Positions 35,960 to 44,646 of a stretch of 64,000 nt of DNA are shown here, piece after piece. Under the pieces are notes generated by a model. That model did no database searches, was not told the origin of the DNA, and saw only the letters and a program-made list of their open reading frames with translations. Origin of the DNA: Pseudonocardiaceae bacterium. GTDB taxonomy: Bacteria > Actinomycetota > Actinomycetes > Mycobacteriales > Pseudonocardiaceae. The DNA lies in contig DASXCQ010000089.1 of assembly GCA_036491115.1 (NCBI GenBank), positions 12,858 to 76,857 of the forward strand, given 5' to 3'. The position numbers were made by a program, and so were the translations under genes. Position 1 is the first letter of the stretch, and each line of letters begins with the position of its first letter.

Positions 35960-37534
35960 ATGGTGACCAAGGGCATCTCGAGACGGACCGCGTTACGTGG
36001 CACGGCCACGGCGATCGGCGCCGCGGTGGCCCTGCCGTCGATCGCGGCGGCCGCGAGTGACAACGGCCTGCCGGCGTTCGTCGACCTGGAGACGGCGACC
36101 GTGGCACAGTTGCGCGGCCTGCTGGACACCCGGCGGATCAGCTGTGAGGACCTGGTGCGCGCCTACATCGCGCGGATCGACGCACTGAGCGTCGGTGGCC
36201 CGTCGCTGAACGCCGTGCGGGCCGTCAACCCGGACGCGGTCGCCGAGGCGCAGGCGGCGGACGCCGCGCTGCGGCGGCCGGGTCCGCGCGGTGCGCTGCT
36301 GGGCATTCCGGTGCTGCTCAAGGACAACATCGACGTGCGGGGCATGACGACCACGGCCGGTTCGGTCGCGCTGGTCGACTCGTTCCCGGCCGCTGACGCA
36401 CCGCTGGTGACCGCGTTGCGGCGGGCGGGCGCGGTGATCCTGGGCAAGGCGAAGCTGACCGAGTTCGCCAACTTCCTCACCGGGAACATGCCGCCCGGCT
36501 ACAGCTCGGCGGGCGGCCAGGTGCTCAATCCCTATGACGCGTCGCTGACGCCCAGCGGCTCCAGTTCCGGACCGGCGGTCGCCGCCGCCACCGGGCTCGC
36601 ACCGCTGACCGTCGGCACGGAGACGTCCGGTTCGATCCTCAGCCCGTCGGCCGCGAACTCCGACGTGGGCGTCAAGCCGACGGTCGGGCTGATCAGCCGG
36701 ACCGGCATCGTGCCGATCTCGGCCAGCCAGGACACGGCCGGCCCCATCGTGAAGACCGTCGCCGACGCGGCCGTCCTGCTCACCGCCCTGGCCGGCGTCG
36801 ACCCGCTCGACCCGGCGACAGCCGGGAATCCATTGGTGGGCCACGACTTCAACCAGGACCTGACGCTGGACGCGTTGAGTGGCGCGCGGATCGGCGTGGT
36901 GGCCAACCAGGTGCCGCAGGCCGGCTCGGACAATCGCGCGTTGTGGGACGCGGCAACCGGCGTGCTGACCGATCTGGGTGCGGCGCTGGTGCCGGTGGCA
37001 CTGAACTCGGGCAGCAGCATCCCCGGCGGTTCCACGGTGCTGACCTACGAGTTCAAGCGCGATCTCAACACGTACTTCGGCCGGCTGCCGGCGTCGGCGC
37101 CGATCCACACACTGGCCGACGTGATCGCGTTCAACGAGGCCCACGCCGCCGTCGCCCTGAAGTTCGGGCAGACGCAGGCGATCGCGTCCCAGGCGATCGA
37201 CCTGGACCCGGCCGGCGCGGACACCGCGAAGTACCTGGCCGACCGGGCACAGGACCTGGTGGACAGCAAGGACCGGATCGACGCGCTGATGGCCGCGAAC
37301 GACCTGACCGCGCTGCTGTGGGCGAACAGCGGCAGCGCCGGCATCGGCGCCAAGGCCGGCTACCCGTCGATCACCCTGCCCGCCGGCTACCAGGCCAACA
37401 CCCGGCGCCCGTTCAACATCGCGTTCCTCGGGCAGGCGTTCACCGAGCCGACCCTGATCGGCTACGCGTTCGCCTACGAGCAGGCGTCGCTGCTGCGCCG
37501 GCCGGCGTCCGCGGTCAACCCGACGCTGTTCTAG
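35960..37534 (+). CDS. Secreted amidase-signature (AS) family amidase with Tat-type signal
   Basis: SRRTALRGTATAIGAAVALP, then GIPVLLKDNID and GGSSSGPAVAAA-like GSSSGPAV with TETSGSI. Confidence 0.9.
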   Translation: MVTKGISRRTALRGTATAIGAAVALPSIAAAASDNGLPAFVDLETATVAQLRGLLDTRRISCEDLVRAYIARIDALSVGGPSLNAVRAVNPDAVAEAQAADAALRRPGPRGALLGIPVLLKDNIDVRGMTTTAGSVALVDSFPAADAPLVTALRRAGAVILGKAKLTEFANFLTGNMPPGYSSAGGQVLNPYDASLTPSGSSSGPAVAAATGLAPLTVGTETSGSILSPSAANSDVGVKPTVGLISRTGIVPISASQDTAGPIVKTVADAAVLLTALAGVDPLDPATAGNPLVGHDFNQDLTLDALSGARIGVVANQVPQAGSDNRALWDAATGVLTDLGAALVPVALNSGSSIPGGSTVLTYEFKRDLNTYFGRLPASAPIHTLADVIAFNEAHAAVALKFGQTQAIASQAIDLDPAGADTAKYLADRAQDLVDSKDRIDALMAANDLTALLWANSGSAGIGAKAGYPSITLPAGYQANTRRPFNIAFLGQAFTEPTLIGYAFAYEQASLLRRPASAVNPTLF

Positions 37535-38135
37535 CGTCCCGGTACAGGTCGCGCAGCAGGGCGATCTCGGCGCCGTGGTGCAGGAGCTCCTGGTTCATCC
37601 ACCACGCCGTCTGGACGAACGGGTCCTCCGGGTCGCTGCCGTACGGGTAGGTGGACACGCCGACGGCGTCCAACTCGTCGTCGGCCATCCCGACCAGCAC
37701 CTGCCGCCACGCCACCGCGCCGTCGGAGAACGCGGCGATGCCGCCTTTGGCGTCGCCGTGGTGGTGGTAGGTGTCGAGTGTCGACGAGTGGGTGCCGGTC
37801 CGGTGGTCGGCCCGCATGGACAGCATCTCGGCGAGATGCGCCAGCCGCCAGGCGATCGTGGTGACCGGCGGCCGGGCGGGCGGCGGACCGCCGTCGCGCC
37901 GCCACTCCCCCGCGCCGGCCAGCACCGTGGCGCCCGGTCCGGGTTGCTCGGTGCGCCGCCGGATCGACCAGCAGCCGGCGACCGGTTCCCACAGGTACTC
38001 GTCGTCGGCCATCGGCGCCACCGGGATGCGGACGCCGTTGCCGCTGTCCAGGTCCGGCCCGGACATGCGGTCGACCAGCCGCGCCACGGTGAAGTCGAAC
38101 TGCTCGACCAGCGGCACCAGCCGCTGCGCCGTCAT
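37515..38135 (-). CDS. DinB-family protein
   Basis: TIAWRLAHLAEML...NQELLHHGAEIALLRDLY. Its 3' end overlaps the amidase 3' end by 20 nt (convergent). Confidence 0.7.
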   Translation of the reverse strand: MTAQRLVPLVEQFDFTVARLVDRMSGPDLDSGNGVRIPVAPMADDEYLWEPVAGCWSIRRRTEQPGPGATVLAGAGEWRRDGGPPPARPPVTTIAWRLAHLAEMLSMRADHRTGTHSSTLDTYHHHGDAKGGIAAFSDGAVAWRQVLVGMADDELDAVGVSTYPYGSDPEDPFVQTAWWMNQELLHHGAEIALLRDLYRDARTASG

Positions 38136-39382
38136 CAGCGGCCCACCGCCGGGGTGTCCACCAGTGCCTGGTAGGCGAGCTGGCGCAGCTGGGAGCGCAG
38201 CGGGTGGGTGCTGGAGGGCAGGAGCTGGGTGAAGAACTGCACGGTCATGTCCTCCAGCGGGTCGACCCAGAACGCCGTGCTGGCCGCGCCGCCCCAGGCG
38301 AACTCGCCGCGCGAGGACAGTGACTCGGCCTTGGCGGGGTTCTGCAACACGGAGAAGCCGAGCCCGAAGCCGACGCCGTCGAACGGGGCCTCGGCGAAGA
38401 GCGGACGGCCGAACTCCTCCAGGTCGACGCCACCGGGCAGGTGGTTGCGGGTCATGTGGGCGATCGTGCGGGAGCCGAGCAGGCGGACGCCGTCGAGTTC
38501 ACCGCCGCGCAGCAGCAGCTGGGTGAAGCGGTGGTAGTCGCCCGCGGTGGAGATCAGGCCGCCGCCACCGGACAGGAACGCCGGCCGGGCGGTGGCGGCG
38601 CGGCCCAGCGCGTCCTGCCGGACGGCCTTGCGGGTGCCGCGCTGCGGCGTATAGAGGGCGGCGAGCTGGTCGGCCACGGACTCGTCGACCCAGAACCCGG
38701 TGTCGGCCATGCCGAGCGGACCCAGGATGTGCTCGGCGAAGAACTCGTCCAGCGACTGTCCGGACACCACCTCGACCAGACGGCCCAGCACGTCGGTGGC
38801 CATCGAGTAGTTCCACTCGGTGCCCGGCTGGAACACCAGCGGCAGCCCGGCGATGATCTCGCAGCCGCGGGCCAGGTCGACGCCGGCCGGCTGACCCCAC
38901 TCGAAGCCCGCCGCCCGGTACATCTCGTCGACCGCGTGCGCGTGGTGAAAGCCGTAGGTGAGGCCGGAGGTGTGGGTCATCAGGTGCCACACCCGGATCG
39001 GCACGGCGGGATCGGTGGCGGGGGCCTGGGACGTGCCGCGACGGTAGACGCGCATGTCGGCGAACTCCGGCAGCCAGCGGCTGATCGGGTCGGTGAGCTC
39101 GAGCTCGCCCGCCTCGTACAGCATCATCGCGGCGACCGTGGTGATCGGCTTGGTCATGGAGAAGATCCGCCACCGGGTGTCCAGCTCGACGGGTAGGCCG
39201 GCCTCCATGTCCCGCTGGCCGTAGGTGGACAGGTGGGCGATCCGGCCGTGCCGGGTGACCATGACCAGCCAGCCGGGCAGCAGCCCGTCGTCCACGTACC
39301 GACTCATCCTGCGGTCGATGCGGGCCAGCCGGTCGGCGTCGAATCCGAGTTCCGCGGGATCGGTGTCCACCACGAGTTTCAC
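38135..39382 (-). CDS. Serine hydrolase, class C beta-lactamase/esterase family
   Basis: FSMTK (SxxK), YSMATD and GGGGLIST. Confidence 0.85.
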   Translation of the reverse strand: MKLVVDTDPAELGFDADRLARIDRRMSRYVDDGLLPGWLVMVTRHGRIAHLSTYGQRDMEAGLPVELDTRWRIFSMTKPITTVAAMMLYEAGELELTDPISRWLPEFADMRVYRRGTSQAPATDPAVPIRVWHLMTHTSGLTYGFHHAHAVDEMYRAAGFEWGQPAGVDLARGCEIIAGLPLVFQPGTEWNYSMATDVLGRLVEVVSGQSLDEFFAEHILGPLGMADTGFWVDESVADQLAALYTPQRGTRKAVRQDALGRAATARPAFLSGGGGLISTAGDYHRFTQLLLRGGELDGVRLLGSRTIAHMTRNHLPGGVDLEEFGRPLFAEAPFDGVGFGLGFSVLQNPAKAESLSSRGEFAWGGAASTAFWVDPLEDMTVQFFTQLLPSSTHPLRSQLRQLAYQALVDTPAVGR

Positions 39383-39448
39383 CGCTCATGCCTCCTTCGA
39401 CTCTTTGCTGGAGACGATAGGCGAACGGCGGGTGATGTGGCGGTGCGA

Positions 39449-39940
39449 TCAGGCGGCTTCGCCGATTGCGGACTCGAGATGTGCCTTCACCTTGGTGAGG
39501 GTGTGTTCGATGGACGTGGTGTTGAAACCGGGGCGGTCGGCGCGGCCGGTGACGCGCGGACCGAGGAAGCGGCGCACGATCACGTTGCCCACCCGGAACC
39601 AGTGCTCGGTGAGGCGGGTTCCGGTCGCGGTGGGCGTGATCTCGTAGGACCAGCGCGACACGCGCACGCCGAACGGGGTGCGCACGTCGAACGTGAACCG
39701 GCGGCCCGGCTCGCACGCGACCACCCGGACCCTGGTCCACCACTGCTTGGCGCCGTTGCGGTTGGTCCCCCGGAACCGCGCCCCCAGGGCCGGGCCGGTC
39801 GCCGGCGGCAGCCAGCGGCCGCCGATGTTCTCCGGGCTGAACCGGTCCATCCCCGGCAGGTCGGTCACGATCGACCACACGGCGCGCGGGTCGGCTACGA
39901 CCTCCACGCTGCGGGAGATTGTTGGCTGCACGATGGTCAC
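39449..39940 (-). CDS. SRPBCC-family (polyketide cyclase/dehydrase-like) protein
   Basis: ISRSVEVVADPRAVWSIVTDLPGMDRFSPE. GTG at 39940 after GGGAGCAGG. Confidence 0.75.
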   Translation of the reverse strand: MTIVQPTISRSVEVVADPRAVWSIVTDLPGMDRFSPENIGGRWLPPATGPALGARFRGTNRNGAKQWWTRVRVVACEPGRRFTFDVRTPFGVRVSRWSYEITPTATGTRLTEHWFRVGNVIVRRFLGPRVTGRADRPGFNTTSIEHTLTKVKAHLESAIGEAA

Positions 39941-40025
39941 GGTGGCACCTGCTCCCAGCCGGGGCAACGGTGTCGGTCCGGTGCGGCATGGTCCGAGTCG
40001 GATGCCGCACGGACGAGGAGGTCGG

Positions 40026-41177
40026 GTGCTCACGACGCTCGCGGTGGCGAACTACCGGTCGCTGCGCGACCTGGCGCTGCCGCTGCGCCGGTTGACCCTG
40101 GTCACCGGGGCCAACGGCAGCGGCAAGTCCAGCCTGTACCGGTCGCTGCGGCTGTTGGCCGACGCCTCGCGCAACGGCGCGGTGGCGGCGCTGGCCAGGG
40201 AGGGTGGCCTGCCCTCGACGTTGTGGGCCGGTCCGGAGCGGCCGGTGCGGGACGGCAGGCGGGCGCAGGGCACGGTGCGGAAGACGCCGGTGGCGCTGCG
40301 GCTGGGGTTCGCCGGGGACGAGTTCGGCTACGCGGTGGACTTCGGCCTGCCGGTGCCGAGTGGTTCGTTGTTCAACCTGGATCCGGAGATCAAGCGCGAG
40401 TGCCTGTGGGCGGGCCCGGTGCTGCGGCCGGTCACCCTGCTGGTCGACCGGGCGGCCGGGATCGTGCGGCTACAGGGGTCGGAGGGCCATCACTCGATCG
40501 GGTTGACCGACAGCGTGCTGAGTGAAATGGCCGATCCGGGTGCGGCGCCGGAGCTGATGCTGGTGCGGGAACGGATTCGATCGTGGCGGTTTTATGATCA
40601 GTTTCGGACCGATGCCGGGGCGCCTGCTCGGCGGCGGCAGGTGGGGACGCGGACGCCGGTGTTGGGCCACGACGGCGGTGACCTGGCGGCCGCGATCCAG
40701 ACGATCGTCGAGATCGGCGACTCGGAGGTGTTGGACGAGGCCGTGGGCAACGCCTTTCCCGGCTGCGGGGTGAGGGTGGTGTCGCGTGACGGGTGGTTGG
40801 AGTTGTTGTTCCGGCAGCACGGGTTGCTGCGGCCGCTCGGGGTGGCGGAGTTGTCGGACGGGACCTTGCGGTACCTGTTGCTGGTGGCGGCGTTGCTGAC
40901 ACCTCGGCCGCCGGAGTTGTTGGTGTTGAACGAGCCGGAGACCAGTCTGCATCCGGATCTGTTGGTGCCGTTGGCGTCGTTGGTCGCGACGGCGGCGACG
41001 CGGGCTCAGCTGGTGGTGGTGTCGCACGCGGTGCCGTTGGTCAGGGCGATGGCCGCGGTGGCCGAGGAGTTGGGGGTGGAGGTGAGCACGGTGGAACTGG
41101 TCAAGGAAGGTGGAGCCACCTACATCGCCGGCCAGAAACTCCTCGACGCACCATCCTGGCACTGGCCGAAACGCTGA
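40026..41177 (+). CDS. ABC/SMC-type AAA ATPase (AAA_21-like, stand-alone)
   Basis: Walker A GANGSGKSSL, signature-like LSDGTLRYL, Walker B LLVLNEPETSLH and VVVSH. GTG at 40026 after GAGGAGG. Confidence 0.8.
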   Translation: MLTTLAVANYRSLRDLALPLRRLTLVTGANGSGKSSLYRSLRLLADASRNGAVAALAREGGLPSTLWAGPERPVRDGRRAQGTVRKTPVALRLGFAGDEFGYAVDFGLPVPSGSLFNLDPEIKRECLWAGPVLRPVTLLVDRAAGIVRLQGSEGHHSIGLTDSVLSEMADPGAAPELMLVRERIRSWRFYDQFRTDAGAPARRRQVGTRTPVLGHDGGDLAAAIQTIVEIGDSEVLDEAVGNAFPGCGVRVVSRDGWLELLFRQHGLLRPLGVAELSDGTLRYLLLVAALLTPRPPELLVLNEPETSLHPDLLVPLASLVATAATRAQLVVVSHAVPLVRAMAAVAEELGVEVSTVELVKEGGATYIAGQKLLDAPSWHWPKR

Positions 41178-41195
41178 CGCCCCATGGACTCCCGA

Positions 41196-41930
41196 TTACG
41201 GCATCGCCGACGGGCGAACGACCTCAATACACGTGCCGCCCGCGATCCCGACCTCGTGCAGCGCACGTGTGTCGCTGTTCCCGCTCCTGTTGTTCAGGGC
41301 CCAGTTAGTGCCGATGTCGACGAGCAATCGGCCAGATCCCTTGATCTTGATGAGCCATGACAGGCCATAGGTGTAAGGCGGCACGTGACCTGAGATCGAG
41401 GCGTAGATCGCGTCGAGGAGCTCCGACACGGTACTGGAGTCGCTGACGATGAACTGCATGGTCGATCCGGCACCCAGGAAATGCGACAGGTCAACCGATG
41501 CCACCGATAGCGCCACGCCCTCTTGGGCCTTGTCCTTGGCCTGCTGCACCACCTTCTCGGCCGCGTCGACGGTGAGGTGTAGATCGCTCACCGCTTCGGC
41601 CGCCGACGCGGCCGCCGCGGTCTGCGCCACTTCGACGCCACGACGTACGTTCTGGCGCATCGCCCTGACGAACACGTCCACATCCACGTTGTCGGAGAAG
41701 TCCTTGGGCGCATACCAGACGTAGGGCTTCTTCCAGAGGACAAGGAAGAACACGGCCAGGACGACGCAGGGAAATATTACCGAGAATATCGCGAACATCG
41801 TCTGGATCCAGGTAGTTGATTTGACCGTGACCACACCGGTCGTCGCCTCACTGACGCTGATGAACAGCGAGACGACCCATAGCGGATTCGTGGTACGCAA
41901 ACTCGCCTTCGGCTCGTCGGTGTGGGCCAT
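41196..41930 (-). CDS. 2TM membrane protein with Ala-rich helical linker and about 90-aa C-terminal soluble domain; unknown family
   Basis: TM1 PLWVVSLFISVSEATTGVVTV and TM2 WIQTMFAIFSVIFPCVVLAVFFLVLW, then KKPY. C-terminus MQFIVSDSSTVSELLDAIYASISGHVPPYTYGLSWLIKIKG...GGTCIEVVRP. TAA stop. Low local GC. Confidence 0.6.
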   Translation of the reverse strand: MAHTDEPKASLRTTNPLWVVSLFISVSEATTGVVTVKSTTWIQTMFAIFSVIFPCVVLAVFFLVLWKKPYVWYAPKDFSDNVDVDVFVRAMRQNVRRGVEVAQTAAAASAAEAVSDLHLTVDAAEKVVQQAKDKAQEGVALSVASVDLSHFLGAGSTMQFIVSDSSTVSELLDAIYASISGHVPPYTYGLSWLIKIKGSGRLLVDIGTNWALNNRSGNSDTRALHEVGIAGGTCIEVVRPSAMP

Positions 41931-42056
41931 CGTCGAGATCTCTCCGAACGGATGTGTGCGGCTGTGTGTGACATCGGCTACCTCTATGCCAGGTTACGCA
42001 CGCAATAGAGCCTGTTGCCGGACAGTTGGTGGACAACCCTGGCACCCGAAACGTCG

Positions 42057-42656
42057 TCACGACGGGTAGAGAGCCGCCGCCGCACTTCGGACGCAGAGCC
42101 CGTGTATGCACACCAGGAACGGATCGGCGTCCGGGATCAGGATCAAGGCATCGTGATGGGTCAGAGCGGTGGAGAGCTTCCCGGTCTCGACCCAGTCGAG
42201 CCGCATATAGCTGGCGTTGCTCGTCGGAATCAGCTCCGCACCGGTCGTCAACCGAACCCGTAACGTGATCATCCTGGTGAGTTCGCTGATCTGGGTGCCG
42301 AGCGGATCATCGACCACGTCGGTGACGTCGCTGACCAGGCTGACCTGACCACGAAACATGCCTTGCTCCAGAAACTGCCCGATGCCCAGCTTCCTGGCCA
42401 TGACAGCCTCCGCCATGAGCGACGGCAACATCATGCCCGCTCGCTGGACACCGAAGTGAAAGTTGGACCGGCCGTGAGCGACCAACGTGTCGGCGAGGAC
42501 GAGTGGCGCTCGTTGGGTGATCGTACTGAGCACGCCGGGATGCCTGGGGTTGTGTCTGGGCGTCCGGACCCCCATCAACAAGCGGCCCGGCATGTCGGAT
42601 CGCTCGATCAACAAGGAGACCACGAAGGTTGGCGAGCGGCCACTTGGTTCCTCCAT
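42057..42656 (-). CDS. Degenerate Nudix-fold-like protein (paralogue of the C-terminal half of the upstream ORF)
   Basis: FVVSLLIERSDMPGRLLMGVRTPRHNPRHPGVLSTITQRA ... AEAVMARKLGIGQF. ATG at 42656 with AGGAGGA SD. One-nt overlap (TGATG) with the upstream stop. Confidence 0.55.
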   Translation of the reverse strand: MEEPSGRSPTFVVSLLIERSDMPGRLLMGVRTPRHNPRHPGVLSTITQRAPLVLADTLVAHGRSNFHFGVQRAGMMLPSLMAEAVMARKLGIGQFLEQGMFRGQVSLVSDVTDVVDDPLGTQISELTRMITLRVRLTTGAELIPTSNASYMRLDWVETGKLSTALTHHDALILIPDADPFLVCIHGLCVRSAAAALYPS

Positions 42657-43915
42657 CAGCTGTGTCCTCCTGTGTCATCGACCGGACGATTGAACACATG
42701 CTCTGTCAGCCAGGTGGATCGAGCGCGCAGCAGACGATTGAGTGGGAGCGGTTCCGGGGTGGTGGCATAGAGTCTGTCTCGGTCGACGCGCACCATTCCG
42801 GTCGGATTCCACGACTCCAGGTCACGTAGTTCGTCCTGGTCCCCTGACCGGCGAAGCGAGCAGTCGAAGATCGCGAAGCACAGTTGCTCGTTGGCCGTCT
42901 CATGGTCCAGCACCTGGAACCCACGGAAGGCGAGGCGATCCGGGCCGATGTGCAGACCGCACGACGAATAAAGCTCCCGCTGTGCCGCGTTGCGGAATGC
43001 ATCCAACGGGACTGTGAACGGATTCGGCTTGCCGGCCATGATCCATGTCTTCTCGAAGGCGTCGTCATCGTTCTGCTTGTCACCGAGGTCGAGGTTGAGT
43101 GCGACGGCGAGGTCCTCCTCCAGGACACGGGCACTGAGAAGGGACAGGACGCCGAAATCGTTGTGATCGGTCAGCAGCGTCCGTTGCTTCAGATAGGCGA
43201 TCGGCCCTCGCGGCGTGGTGGCACGGATGGCCACGATCGCCACCGGCATCAGGAAGTTGTCGTCATGGGACGAGATTCCGTAGGGCAGGAACCTGGTTAT
43301 TCGCGGGCCTGGCCAGCTCGTGGTCCCGTCCGACGGCACGGCCAGAACCGCACTCTGGTCAAGCATCGCGCAGTGGATCTCCCGGATGAGCAGCGGCTTG
43401 CGATCCTGGAGCATCGCGTCGAAGGTGGCCAACAGTGTCGACGGCGGAGTCGGGACCTGCCACATGACCGTCTGCTCCCGGCCGAGCGGCCCTGGCAGGA
43501 CGGTGAGACCGACCATGTGGACGCCACCGTCGTTGCTGGTCAGCCGAACGAGGCAGTCGAGAAACAACTCCGATATCGCGAAGGACGCATAGGGTCCGGC
43601 CGATGGCCCGTCCGGAGAGCCCGACAATATGTTGCGGAGGGCGATCAGCGAGGCGTTCCAGCGCCGGATCAACTTGCCGTGTAGGGCGTCGGGCGCGTGC
43701 GCCAGGACGATCTGGGACCTCGGAGTCGAGTACGTGATCGGCGCGAGAACCGCGGCGGTGTCGTTGGTCGCACCCGACGTGACCCGTCGAATCGCATCGA
43801 TCAGCGGTTGTGGTGCGATCCCCAGCACGTCGATCCGGGTCGAATTGAGCAGAAGGTAGGCCAGCTCTGATTGGATGTCCGCGGCGTCACATAAGATTGG
43901 ATGGTTGTCGTCCAA
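42656..43915 (-). CDS. 419-aa protein: unknown N-terminal domain plus C-terminal degenerate Nudix-fold-like domain
   Basis: TTG start at 43915 after GAGGA. VAIVAIRATTPRGPIAYLKQRTLLTDHNDFGVLSLLSARV ... DAFRNAAQRELYSSCGLHI (Nudix-box-like, with the EE pair replaced by SS). Confidence 0.55.
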   Translation of the reverse strand: MDDNHPILCDAADIQSELAYLLLNSTRIDVLGIAPQPLIDAIRRVTSGATNDTAAVLAPITYSTPRSQIVLAHAPDALHGKLIRRWNASLIALRNILSGSPDGPSAGPYASFAISELFLDCLVRLTSNDGGVHMVGLTVLPGPLGREQTVMWQVPTPPSTLLATFDAMLQDRKPLLIREIHCAMLDQSAVLAVPSDGTTSWPGPRITRFLPYGISSHDDNFLMPVAIVAIRATTPRGPIAYLKQRTLLTDHNDFGVLSLLSARVLEEDLAVALNLDLGDKQNDDDAFEKTWIMAGKPNPFTVPLDAFRNAAQRELYSSCGLHIGPDRLAFRGFQVLDHETANEQLCFAIFDCSLRRSGDQDELRDLESWNPTGMVRVDRDRLYATTPEPLPLNRLLRARSTWLTEHVFNRPVDDTGGHS

Positions 43916-43959
43916 CGTGTCCTCGCACAGGGTCGCAGAGCACCGAGCCTCGCCCGACC

Positions 43960-44646
43960 TCAGCCGGACTTCTGGGGGCGGAGCACCCCGAGTCTCGCTG
44001 CGTCACACACCACCTGTGAGGCGAAGTCGGCGAGTTCAGGGCAGTACTCACGGACCCCATCGATGCGCCGCTGTACCTGGTCCGCCCGAACGTGGTGCGC
44101 CCGCCACGACGAGAACTCCAGGTTGGAGTAGTTGAGAAAGACCGGAAGCAACACGTCGAGGGCCATGACGAACCGACCCTCCGGAGACAGCAGTTCTTCG
44201 TATTCTTTCCATTTGTCGAATATGTCCTTGACTTCGACACTGTTACGATGGTTGGCAACCATCTGGCGCATGGCGGTGACTTCGTTCTTGTGCCTGGAGT
44301 TGATCTGTGGCGAATAGACGAACGTGTCACCGACGAAAACCTCGGGTATGTCGTGCACCGCCGCGAGGGTGACTGCCGCGTTGACGTCGAGCGTCTCGCT
44401 GGCGAACCGCGCGAAGATGAGGACAGCGACGGAGAGGTGCCAGGAGTGTTCCGCGGTCGTCTCGGCCCTCGGTCCCGTCGCGATGGGGTTCTGGCGGTTC
44501 ACCTGTTTGAGGCGGTCGATCTCCAGGAGGAAGGAGTGCAACTCGGAAAGGTCGGCATCCTGCGGCCGAACTCGTTGGCTCCCGGCGTCCTCGACAGTGT
44601 GTCCCGCAAGCATATAGATACCGTCCTTGCGTCGGTTTGGCATCAT
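43960..44646 (-). CDS. HD-domain phosphohydrolase, YfbR-like 5'-nucleotidase family (HD_3)
   Basis: AETTAEHSWHLSVAVL, AAVHDIPEVFVGD and FVMALDVLL (H...HD...D metal ligands). Confidence 0.8.
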   Translation of the reverse strand: MMPNRRKDGIYMLAGHTVEDAGSQRVRPQDADLSELHSFLLEIDRLKQVNRQNPIATGPRAETTAEHSWHLSVAVLIFARFASETLDVNAAVTLAAVHDIPEVFVGDTFVYSPQINSRHKNEVTAMRQMVANHRNSVEVKDIFDKWKEYEELLSPEGRFVMALDVLLPVFLNYSNLEFSSWRAHHVRADQVQRRIDGVREYCPELADFASQVVCDAARLGVLRPQKSG

